Assembly (NCBI RefSeq): GCF_009914755.1
Contig: NC_060935.1
Source: the human T2T-CHM13v2.0 reference genome, Homo sapiens
DNA: 64,000 nt
Direction: 5' to 3' (one strand)
The position numbers were made by a program, and so were the translations under genes. Every line of letters starts with the position of its first letter. Within the stretch, counting starts at the first letter, position 1. Shown one piece after another: positions 53,356 through 64,000 of the stretch. The notes below the pieces were generated by a model. The model saw only the letters and a list, made by a program, of their open reading frames with translations. It had not been told where the DNA came from and did not search any database.

Positions 53356-56300
53356 GCCAGCTGTTGAGTGTGTGGGTTTTTTTCATTAGAGTTTTCTACA
53401 ATTTTATTTTTCCCCAAACTCCAGTTATTTCGAATGGGTTCTAGAATCAAGTAAAATGTCGGGGGCGATTTGTATCACACTAAACCTGTTTATGGGGTTA
53501 CCCAAACTGTATATATCAAGTTCATGCTCTATACTTCACATTCTCTGCCGCTAGGTTTTGCAGGGAAGATAAGTCAAGTATTATTCCCTCTAATTAAAAA
53601 TATAGCATATCAAAGCAGAAAAAATATATTTTCTTCAATTCCCTCATTTTATAAATAACAAAAATATTACTCCAAGTAGTAGTAATAATAATAGCAACAA
53701 TAATGCATTTTTGAAGTAATACACACCAGATACTGTGCTAATTTATTGTAACTCAACCCTGAGGCAATTATTATTATTCTCATTTTATAGACCAGAAACT
53801 GAGTCTTTCAGAGGTTCAGTGATTTGGTCAATGTCACACTTTCAATGAACCAGACTCCTGATTCCAGAATTTGTACCATTAACCATCTCATCCTTTTGTC
53901 CAACAAGTAACCATTACAGGAAAAGAGACCAAATTTCTTATTTCCTAATCCTAAAAGACTCTCATTTTCGTTACATGACTGGTGTACATGATGCATTCTA
54001 TTATGGTCTTTGTGGACTTAAGGGAACACAAATCTGTTTTTTGTATAGCAAAAAATTGTGGATTGCTTCAGTGTCATGTGCACTTGTCACTTTACTTGGG
54101 TGCCTGAAAATTTTCTCCCACAGCTCAAACTTGTTCCCTCTTCTGGCCTCCCCACTGCACTGCATTAACACCAGCCATGTTTACATTCCCACAAAAAAAA
54201 TGTTGATTCTCACTTATGAAGTATTGGAGAAAATTGCTGGTTTCTCTACACATACATTTTTACTTCTCCATGGTAATATAATTTTGATAAAAGGGCCATT
54301 GACTGAATTGCCCCAGCCCTGCCCCAGTATTTATAACAGTATTTGGCACATGGTAGGTGTTCACAAAATATTTGTTAACTGACGAAAATGGTTAAAGTGA
54401 TTGAGTTTTCAATAGATGACTAAATAGATAGGAGAGGTACACATCTAAGTATTCCTAAGTAATTCTCAGAATAATGTTGAGATGTTTCAGACACAAAATG
54501 AAGTTGTAGTTTAACGTTGAAGAACCTTGGTTAAGACTGTGAAAGTTAGAGGTCTGAGTGCATCTAGAGAGAATAATTGTTGGCATAAGAGAATAATTGT
54601 GCTATCTATTGCCAAGAGTTTACTATCCACAGAGGTCACGGGCCTCACATTATAAAGGGTAACCTGCAGTTCTCTGAACACAGACTGCTTTTCAGTTTCA
54701 AATTAAATAATTTTGATCTGTAGTAATATTGTGTTAGGTTTAATTTTTAAGGTCAGTCTCTACAAGATATTAAATAGCCTCATGTGGTTTCTCTGGGTTT
54801 TATGATGTAAATACGCTTATCAGTGACTGATAAGCTGGGGAAAGTCAACATTTTTTACATACACATTACATGCACACAGAAATATAGATAAGACTCATTC
54901 CATATAGAAAGAAAGTAAGCTTGCCTTATTCCAGTCCTAATTAAAGTCCTCTCCAAGATAGAAAGAAGGTAACTTAACTCAAGGGTTGCTTACTTGAATC
55001 ATGCAAATGTTGTCTTCTCTTAAACACTTCCTGGAGGCTCCCATGTAAAATTAATAATCTCTACTCCTGCATTTTGACAGCCCTTAGCTCATATTGCTCA
55101 TATTGTAGCTACCACATTTTATTACAGTTCATTTTAAGTGCATGTTTCATAATGCTAGACTATGAATAGCTTGAAACCAGACACAGTGTCTTAAACATTA
55201 TTGCATTTTTGATGATTACATAATATTAAGTATTTTGCTAGATACTGTAGAAAGTCCAGTAAGGTGCATAATATTTCCCATCCTACTTGCTTACCTTGGG
55301 ACTTACCCCTCACACACCCAGAGATATACACAGACCACACTGACCCACCAAACTCATCCCATGCCTCTAGCACGTACTCCAAGATGCAGCATCTTGTCTC
55401 AGGGTCCAGGGCAACTCAGACATTTTTAATTTATTAATTTTAATGATATATACATTTATAAGGTTTTGTGGTTTGACATTTGTAGGATTTTATCTGCAAA
55501 ATATTTTAGAAATTTGAGATTATATTGTATATCACTAAAATTAAACAATGATATTAATAAATTAATTGAGGTCTCATGTTTTCCTAAATTGTTAAAACCA
55601 AGCTGCACCCTGACCACCTTGAACACAAGTTCTCAAGTCCTCCTGAGGGCTGTGTCACAGGCCACAGTCATTCATAATTGGCTCAGAATAAATTGTTTCA
55701 AATATTTTACGGTGTTTGACTCTTTTTGCCTTCCTGATTGAATCACTTCTTAATGGTCATACCTCTTAACACCATCACAATGAAAATTAAATTTCAACAT
55801 GAGATTTGGAGTCAACATTGAAACCATAGCACACAGCCACGTGAAGATGGAGGCAGAGATTGTTATTATGTTGCCACAAGCCAAGAAATGCCTGGGGTTA
55901 CCAGAAGCAAAAAGAAGAAACAAGATTCTCCTCTAGAGTTCAGAAAGGAGGATGGTCTTGTGGAAACCCTGATTTGGGGTTTCTAGCTCCAGATCTGTGC
56001 AAGAACACATTGTTGTTATCTTAAGCCATTCAGTGTTTACTTTGTTATGGCAGCTGAAGAAAACTAATACTTTACTCTTCAATTTGGAACTGTCATTTAC
56101 ATGAGCCTTTATTAGTCTCTTTGTCTAAAAAGCCCAGGAAGGTGGGCAGTTTTTCCTTCTCCTCTGGGACATCTTCAAACTGATCCAACCTTTCTAAGCC
56201 TCAGTAGCTCATTTTAAAATTAAACATTTTTGTAAATTTTGATTGGTCTCTGCCTACTTCTCATACCATCAGGTAGCAGTATCAGTCAGGGAATATATTT

Positions 56301-56689
56301 TTGTTTGTTCTCCAAGAATATCACACAATATCAACCACATGATAGACATTAAACATGTGAATGGATAAATGAAAAAAATACATTTATTATATTATAGTTG
56401 AAGAGTTAAGTAGATCTGGGATTATGTTGCTTTATAATCAACCCAACATAAAGTTTTGTTCCTGGACTCTGACAGCACCACACTTATCACTTGGTTCTAG
56501 GCTACTCCTTCCTACCCCCACTCTATTGTAAGTTATTGAAATCCTCAAATTTTCAAATAGTCTTTGAAGTATGAAGAAGTATGGCCTTCTACCTCAAATA
56601 ATCCTGACTTTCAAATTTGCATATGAAATTGACATCTTTTCAAAGGACGTGATGATCATGTCCTCTTAATTTTTCCCTAATTTTATTAA

Positions 56690-57000
56690 TGTTTTATTGT
56701 TTTATTTTGGGGATGGGGTCTCTCTGTTTCCCAGGCGGAAGTGCAGAGGCACAATACAGGTTCACTGTGGCCTCAATCTCTCAGTCTCAAGGAATTCTCC
56801 CACCCCAGCCTCCCAAGTAGCTGCAACTACAGACATGTGCCATCACTCCTGACTAGTTTTGTTGCATTTGTTTGTTTGTTTTTGTGCAGACAATATCTCA
56901 CTATATTGCACAGGCTGATCTCAAACTCCTGGATTCAGTGATCCTCCTGCCTCTACCTCCCAAAGTGCTGGGATTATAGGCATGAGCCACCCTGCCTGGC
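56690..57000 (-). mobile_element. AluJ-like
   Basis: Diverged antisense dimeric Alu ending CCACCCTGCCTGGC. Confidence 0.85.
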
Positions 57001-57904
57001 AATTTTTTTTTCCAATTTTATACTCTATTTTTTCTTCAAATAACATAGAGCATTTTGGAGCTATCTTGCAAAACTGGATCACAGATTTGCCATCAGTGTC
57101 TGAAGTGGCTAAGGAATGGGAGGTAAAGCAGTGTTGTGGGGCTGAGCCTGTGTGATCTGAGGCAAGTGCCAGGTAGATAGTGTCAGAACTGAATTGAATT
57201 GTAGGAAAAGTTGATATCCACAGAGAATTGGAGAATTTAACACACACACACACACACACACATAAAAGTGTGTGTGAGTGTGTTGAAGGTAAAACAGTTT
57301 AATTTTCTTTCAGTTATTTGTGATCATGGAACATTAACATTGACTCAATAGAATTATGGTCTAGAACACAAGACGGTGTGGGCCATCTATCAGTCAATAA
57401 GATTTTAATAAATGCTCACAGGTCTCTGAAGATCATATTCCCTTTTCTCCTAAGCATAAAAATTACCACGATAAATTGTACCTCTACTGGCAAAATTATT
57501 TTAAATCCAAAGATGTCTTTATTGAACTAATGGTTAGATATTATTGGTTAATAGCAATATAACAAAATGATGATAGTCATTGTATTTATATTACTGCCTT
57601 ATCCATTCCTTTAACTTTTAAAGCAGGGTTAGATGTGAGAAGAAACACCATCAGGCTTGGTCAGTACTTAGGATCTTTGGCACATCTTTGCTAGGTATTG
57701 CTTCTCTTGCTATGCAGTAATTCAGCTTGTGACCCCTAACAGTTTTGTGTCTGTTTCCAATTTTTAGATGGTTGGATAATGTGCTTTCATTAGCAACACA
57801 GAAGGAGAGTTCTAGGTCCTCAAATCATCCATGAGGGTGAGAAGAATCTTTAGATGGCTGGGTAAACAGCCAAGTAATCTGATTCCAACTCTTTCCTGAT
57901 ACTT

Positions 57905-58088
57905 GGATTTTATTTTATTTTATTTTATTTTTTCAGAGACAGGGTCTTGCTCTGTTGCTCAGGCTGAAGTGAGTGGCTGAGTGGCATAGTCACACCTCAT
58001 TCCAACCTCGAACTCCTGAGCTCAAATGATCCTTCCACCTTAGCCTCCTAAAGTGCTGGGATTACAGGCATGAGCCACTGTGCCTGGC
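57905..58088 (-). mobile_element. Short AluJ/FAM-FLAM-like element
   Basis: GAGACAGGGTCTTGCTCTG...TGAGCCACTGTGCCTGGC, monomer length or internally deleted. Confidence 0.75.
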
Positions 58089-58228
58089 TGGATTGGAATT
58101 TTTTGACACCATGGCTTCACACTTATGAGAAATTTCCTTATGACAATGGTCCATGAAGACCACAAGTCCCCTCTTCTGACACAGATTATAATGGTGTATT
58201 TGCCTTTGCTGCTAAGACATTTTAAGAT

Positions 58229-58530
<302 letters not shown>

Positions 58531-58901
58531 ACATTGTAAGATATAATGTTGATCAATGGAGAAACTAAATAAGAAAATTTTAGCATACACTTGCTGATTG
58601 TTGATTTAACGTCAGCAGTGTTGACCCTTCTCTAACAACCTCTAAAGATTAAGGAATATTGTAATTTGGCTGAGGCCATATTAGAATCCTTCACAGTATG
58701 ATGATAAGTGAAATGGAAGGAAAGTAAGAATATAGTAATTTACTTGCACTGGGGTGAGTCTCCCTGCTCATGTTGATATTTAAATACAACTAAACCTAAA
58801 CATCATGATTTACAAAATAACTTTAGTGGAATGACGGTTATCAAAACAAAATAAAGCAAAAAATCAGTTTGGTTTAAACCACTATATTTTGCAAGAAGTG
58901 A

Positions 58902-59220
<319 letters not shown>

Positions 59221-59400
59221 GCCTAAATGGAATCTTCTACTCTTCCCGTTTCAACCCGCTAGTTTCAGGAAGCTTAACTCAGTCAGCTACCTAACAGAAA
59301 ATTAGAAATGAATTGTGCAAATGTAGCCTAAAATGTGACATCTAACCCAATGATATTATATCTCATTACTTCACAAATTTTTAATGATAGCTTAGCATTT

Positions 59401-60339
59401 TTATTTTCCCAATGTTTGTTTTCCTATTGCTTTTTTCAACGCCTCTTTCACATCCTTGTTCCTGAGGCCATAGATCATGGAGTTCAGCATGAGTATCACT
59501 GTGGTGTAAAACACAGCCACCATTTTCCCCTGCTCCACGGACTCGTCTGTGGGACGTCTCAAATGCATGCAGAAGAGGGTTCCATAGAAGATTGTGACAA
59601 CTGTCAGGTGGGAACCACATGTGGAAAAAGCTTTTTTCCTTCCCTCTGCAGAATGGCTTCTGAGGATAGCGACAAGGATGAACATGTAGGATGTGAGAAT
59701 GATCAGAAGAGACTGGACGTTGCTGTAGCCGGCTACTATGTACATGGACAGCTCCTTGCTGTACGTGTCAGAGCATGCCAGTTTGATAAGAGGAGGATCA
59801 GCACAGTAGAAATGGTTGATTTCATTTGTTCCACAGAAGGAGAGGTTGTAGGTCCTTAAGGTTTCCATCACACTGAGAAGAAAGCCATAGACATAAGGGA
59901 CAATGACCAGGTGGACACAAACACCTTGGGACATTTTGCTACTGTAGAGCAATGGATTACAGATGGCCATATAGCGGTCATATGCCATGACTGCCAACAT
60001 GCAGTGCTCTGCAAGGACCACAGCAATGACAACATAGCACTGCATCAAACAACCTGCATAGGAAATGGTCTTCTTCTCTGATAAGAAATTTTCTAGCATT
60101 TTGGGAGTGAAATTTGTGGAGAAACACAGATCTAGAATGGACAAACTGGAGAGAAAAAATTACATGGGAGTGTGAAGTCGAGAATCAACTTTGATTAAAA
60201 TAATCATCCCCAAGTTTCCTACCACAGTGGCTATGTAGACAAAAAGGAACAGTGCCAAGAAAGCAACTCGCAGCTCTGGACGGCTTGTTAGACCCAAGAG
60301 AACAAATTCTGTCAGTTCAGTATAGTTTCTTCTGGACAT
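59401..60339 (-). pseudogene. OR5M2P: Olfactory receptor pseudogene with nonsense codon 60
   Basis: ATG at 60339 ([17 protein letters not shown]...LHTPM*FFLSSLS); TAA at 60162-60160; frame otherwise open for 312 codons; TM7 decayed ([13 protein letters not shown]); symbol from recalled cluster order. Confidence 0.88.
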
Positions 60340-61536
60340 TTCTTCATCTCATATGAGACGCATTGGTCTGAATATCTAAGGAGAAAGAGAAACTTTTTAA
60401 AAATCACTAAAACCCTAGTTAAATATCATGCTTTGTATAAAAAGAGCCAAAAGGCTTTAGTTATGTTATCTCAGTAGCAGTTCTGTAACTGAAGATGAAC
60501 AGTTATACTATGACGCAAGTCTAAACATTTGCAACAAGTGGTTTCCACTGAGGCTGAATTTGTAATCACAGTGTGCAATTAAGTTGGAGGCTTAATGCAA
60601 AATTATAAACGAAAGTATCCTTATGCTGTGGGAAATTTCTTTTAAAAATCTAGATAACTTATATGTTAAAGATTAAATTGTAATAGAGATTTTGAAATGC
60701 TTAGAACTTCTAATGACATGCTTACATATACATACAAAGCTACATGGAGAGGTAGAAAGGACTTTGAGGATAATGCAGGCAAAGCTCTTCATTCTGAAGA
60801 CTGAGAGACTGAATCCTAGAGAGATGAAGTGACTAATCCCACTGAGATGCTTATCTCATACATCCCCATTCGGTGATCTGCTAATATACTATATATCTCA
60901 CCGAGTTCAACTTACTGTCTCGGTGTATTTTTATATTTTGTTGTTTTTAGTAGTAGTGCTTTTCATTGTGATATGTATATTGGTTCTTTGTTTATAAGTT
61001 AGTTTTTGGGAACTTATGTAAATAAAGCCTTTCGTTTGAGTCTTAAACATTGATATCACGTGTTTATAAGCATTTTTTCCAATTTGCACATCCCAATTTA
61101 GCCTGTCTGTCTGTTGGGTTAAACAAGTGTATTTATGCTCCTTCATCAATATCTCAATTCTATATGAAATTTCATATGTATTATCTTTGAGGTATCAATC
61201 TATGTTTTAATTTGTTCCTATATTTTAATTTCTTGCTATTTTACAACATTCATGCTGCATAGAACCAACATTATAGTCCCCTGCTTGGCTCACATGCTCT
61301 TTTATATCTCTGTATAAAGAAGTCCTATATCAAAGAATTTCCTATTCCTCCATTATGTTAACCCTGATGTGTAGTTTAGCCATTAGGATAAAAGGAATTA
61401 ACTCAATCACCCTAAGATGATTAAAAAAATGTTTTCAGGTTCTCAATCTATACTTACTCCCTGCTAATATACCCAGAATAAATTATGTGATCACTTTGAT
61501 GCCATTGCCACACAACATTAAAAAGCCTTAAAAATG

Positions 61537-61830
61537 GGCTGGATGTGGTGGCTTATGCCTATAATCCCAGCATTTTGGGAGGCCAAGACGGGTTGATCAC
61601 TTCTGGTCATGAGTTCGAGACCAGCCTGGCCAACATGGTGAAACCCTGTCTCTACTAAAAATAAAACAAATCAGCCAGGTATGGAGGTGTGCACCTGTAA
61701 CCCCAGCTACTCAGGAGACTGAGGCAGGAGAATCACTTGAACACAGGAGGCAGAGGTTGTAGTGCACTGAGATCATGCCACTGCACTCCAGCCTGGGTGG
61801 CAAAGAGAGGCGAGAGTTCGTCTCAGAAAC
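61537..61830 (+). mobile_element. AluS
   Basis: Dimeric Alu. Confidence 0.9.
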
Positions 61831-61987
61831 AAAGAAAGGAAGGAAGGAAGGAAGGAAGGAAGGAAGGAAGGAAGGAAGGAAGGAAGAAAGAAAGAAAGAA
61901 AGAAAAAGAAAGAAGAAAGAAAGAAAGGAAAGGAAAGGAAAGAAAGGAAAGGAAAGGAAAGGAAAGAAAAGAGAGAGAAAGAAAGAA
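61831..61987. repeat. (GGAA)n/(GAAA)n/(GGAAA)n compound microsatellite from Alu tail
   Basis: Direct read; ~155 bp pure purine. Confidence 0.95.
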
Positions 61988-63950
61988 CTAAAAATGGAGA
62001 GAGATTCTTTGTTCACTAAGGGAAGGATTCAATAGCATAAAAAGGTCAGTCTTTCCTAAGTGACCCATAGAGTCAAATAAATTCCAATCAAAATTCAAAC
62101 ACAATTCTTGTGGAATAGCTGATTCTAATATTTATACGGAAGTATAAAATAACCGTAAGACTCAATATCTCTCAGGGCAATAAGCAGAGTTACTTATTAG
62201 ATATCAAGATTTGCTGTAAAACCAGTATTCAGGACAGTGTGTTATTGACATGAAATTGGAAAAAAATATACACTTTAACTAATGTTCCAGAATAGAAAGT
62301 CCAGGAACAGCTACATGTATATAGGTGATGTGGCATATAACAAAGATGACATTTCAGATCAGGGTTGGAAAGAGGGACTATTTTAGTATTTACTATTGGC
62401 TTAATGGATTATAGATTATTTAAATGGGAAAATTATTAAATTGTGCATTTACTTTAAACAATGCACAGAAATTACTTATAATTCTAGGGAGTGGTTTAAT
62501 GTGTAGTCATTATATTTTGTAGCTTACAATTTATATAGACATTATGCATTTACTGAATTTATCACAAATTATTTTAAATATATAAAATATCAAATTAAGT
62601 TAAAATATCATATGTGTTAATCTGTCTCCAAATTTTGGTTAACAAACAATTTCAGTATACTAACAATTGCGTAAAATGAAATTTACATCTAATTTTTTTC
62701 CATGGGGCAATTCAGACATGAGCAAATGTCATTAGTGGAGAACTTGTCAGAAGCTGATAAAACTTATCTCTTCTGAGCAGTCTCAGGAAGTCAATACGAG
62801 TAGCACTTTATTTTTCACCTAATCTAAGAATATCAGACACATATTTTCTATTAAATTGTATGAGATCTTACAACAATTGCTAAACTCTTATTAAAGTGAA
62901 ATTTTATAGTTAAAAAAACACTAATTTACTTTGTAATATGTTGTCAGCCATGCATTTGTGTATGCATGCGTGCTTATAGCAGATAATTATTGAGCATTTT
63001 TCAAGTTCCAGACATGGTGCTGGATGCTAGAAATAGAGCAGTGGACAATATAGTAGAAATAAATTTAGTTAGGTGAGTAACCAGGCTCAGAAAATTTGAC
63101 ATTCTGGTCCCAGCTTACAACTCATAAGCAGAAGAATCAGAAGACAAATCATATATTATAATTCTCAGAACGGTGCTCTCCTTCTGTAATATTTTACTTT
63201 CCCAGAAAGGTCTATCTCTTCCTTTGGTTCCATTGACTGGTTGGGTAATGACAGAAATTGTTTCCAAAATGTTAAAATTCAATTTATCTAATATTATTGC
63301 CTCCTTATCCTGTCCCAGGAAACAAATATGAATAAATGAGGACTTTGAGTTAGAGTTGTCTTTGAGTTACAGATGATAGTGACAAGCACTCTAACAAAGA
63401 TAAGAGATGGATGAGGAAGAAGAAAGCGAGCCAGCCGAGGTATCAGTGCCGAAACTGTAAAGAATATGAAAAATCTGGGCCAAGAATCTAGAATAATGCC
63501 TATGAATTGTAACTTAATTGGCAAGAAGGAAGGCACAAGGGCTTCTTTTAACTCTCTGGTGGTGAGCAACTTCTTCAATCCAGGGTCTTGGTTTTAGTCC
63601 TGACTTAGTCTCTAAGGAGCTTTGCAAATTTGCTCAGGTTTCACTGGTCATCTGGACATGCACTTTTAGTGGAGACCATTATCATTAACCATATTTTAAT
63701 TCTAGCATTGCGGGACAATGGCAATCAGAGACAGCTAATATACAGATATAGAGCCCATGAGAAATCTGTCCACTGCTGCTGAGAGGCAAGAAACACTCAA
63801 AACAAACATTCAAATGCAGTCAATAACTTTGATGATGATGAATTTGATAATGACCCGAGAATGATTCTGTGACTACTTGTGCAGCCTAGAAAAATAGGTA
63901 TGAGAATTTCATTCATCAACTTACTGTTTAAGGTCCTTGACACAAGTTAG

Positions 63951-64000
63951 TTATTTGATTAGAATCAGACTGATTTGATTATAATCAGACTGATTTGATT
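63951..64000. repeat. 20-bp tandem repeat reaching the window end
   Basis: TGATTTGATTA(G/T)AATCAGAC, about 2.5 copies. Confidence 0.85.

Noticed and set aside
54630-54650. GGCCC at the empty site as an Alu excision footprint
   Set aside because: More simply part of the original target site, with a small deletion in the 3' TSD of the left-arm Alu
59375-59388. AAATTTTTAATGA, one mismatch from the H/P 13-mer
   Set aside because: Isolated in AT-rich 3' UTR with no adjacent O/E site
59335-59859. Antisense ORFs over OR genes (also 42302-42655)
   Set aside because: Shadow frames of OR coding sequence with no independent coding signal
59401-60144. 247-aa ORF as an intact OR gene
   Set aside because: It begins at TTG just after the premature stop and lacks the N-terminus and TM1
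63294-63578. 94-aa ORF in non-repeat DNA
   Set aside because: TTG start, no recognisable domain or splice context
63951-64000. CRISPR-like repeat
   Set aside because: Direct tandem units without spacers in primate DNA

Overview
AT-rich, repeat-dense primate (very likely human) genomic DNA from a class II olfactory receptor cluster. Gene content and order match the OR5M subfamily, which I recall lies on human chr11q12. There are four single-coding-exon OR loci. OR5M4P (+, 28573-29500) is frameshifted by an A7-to-A11 homopolymer expansion. OR5M9 (-, 42392-43324) and OR5M3 (-, 49487-50410) are intact. OR5M2P (-, 59401-60339) has a TAA at codon 60. About half the window is an old, roughly 10% diverged, inverted segmental duplication: 22096-36125 mirrors 37709-56189, except that a ~5.3 kb block containing OR5M9 is missing from the left arm. 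The arms show gene conversion tracts and arm-specific Alu/L1 insertions. The gene-free left part holds a candidate Greek-island-type OR enhancer (~11.2-11.6 kb, three equally spaced homeodomain+O/E composite motifs), a full-length Hsmar1 mariner, a MER6 interrupted by an L1 with a probable 3' transduction, and ERV1 solo LTRs. Most short ORFs in the track are spurious repeat translations. I see no new protein-coding system; the most interesting signals are regulatory and structural. Repeat subfamily names and pseudogene symbols come from memory, and identity figures are approximate hand counts.
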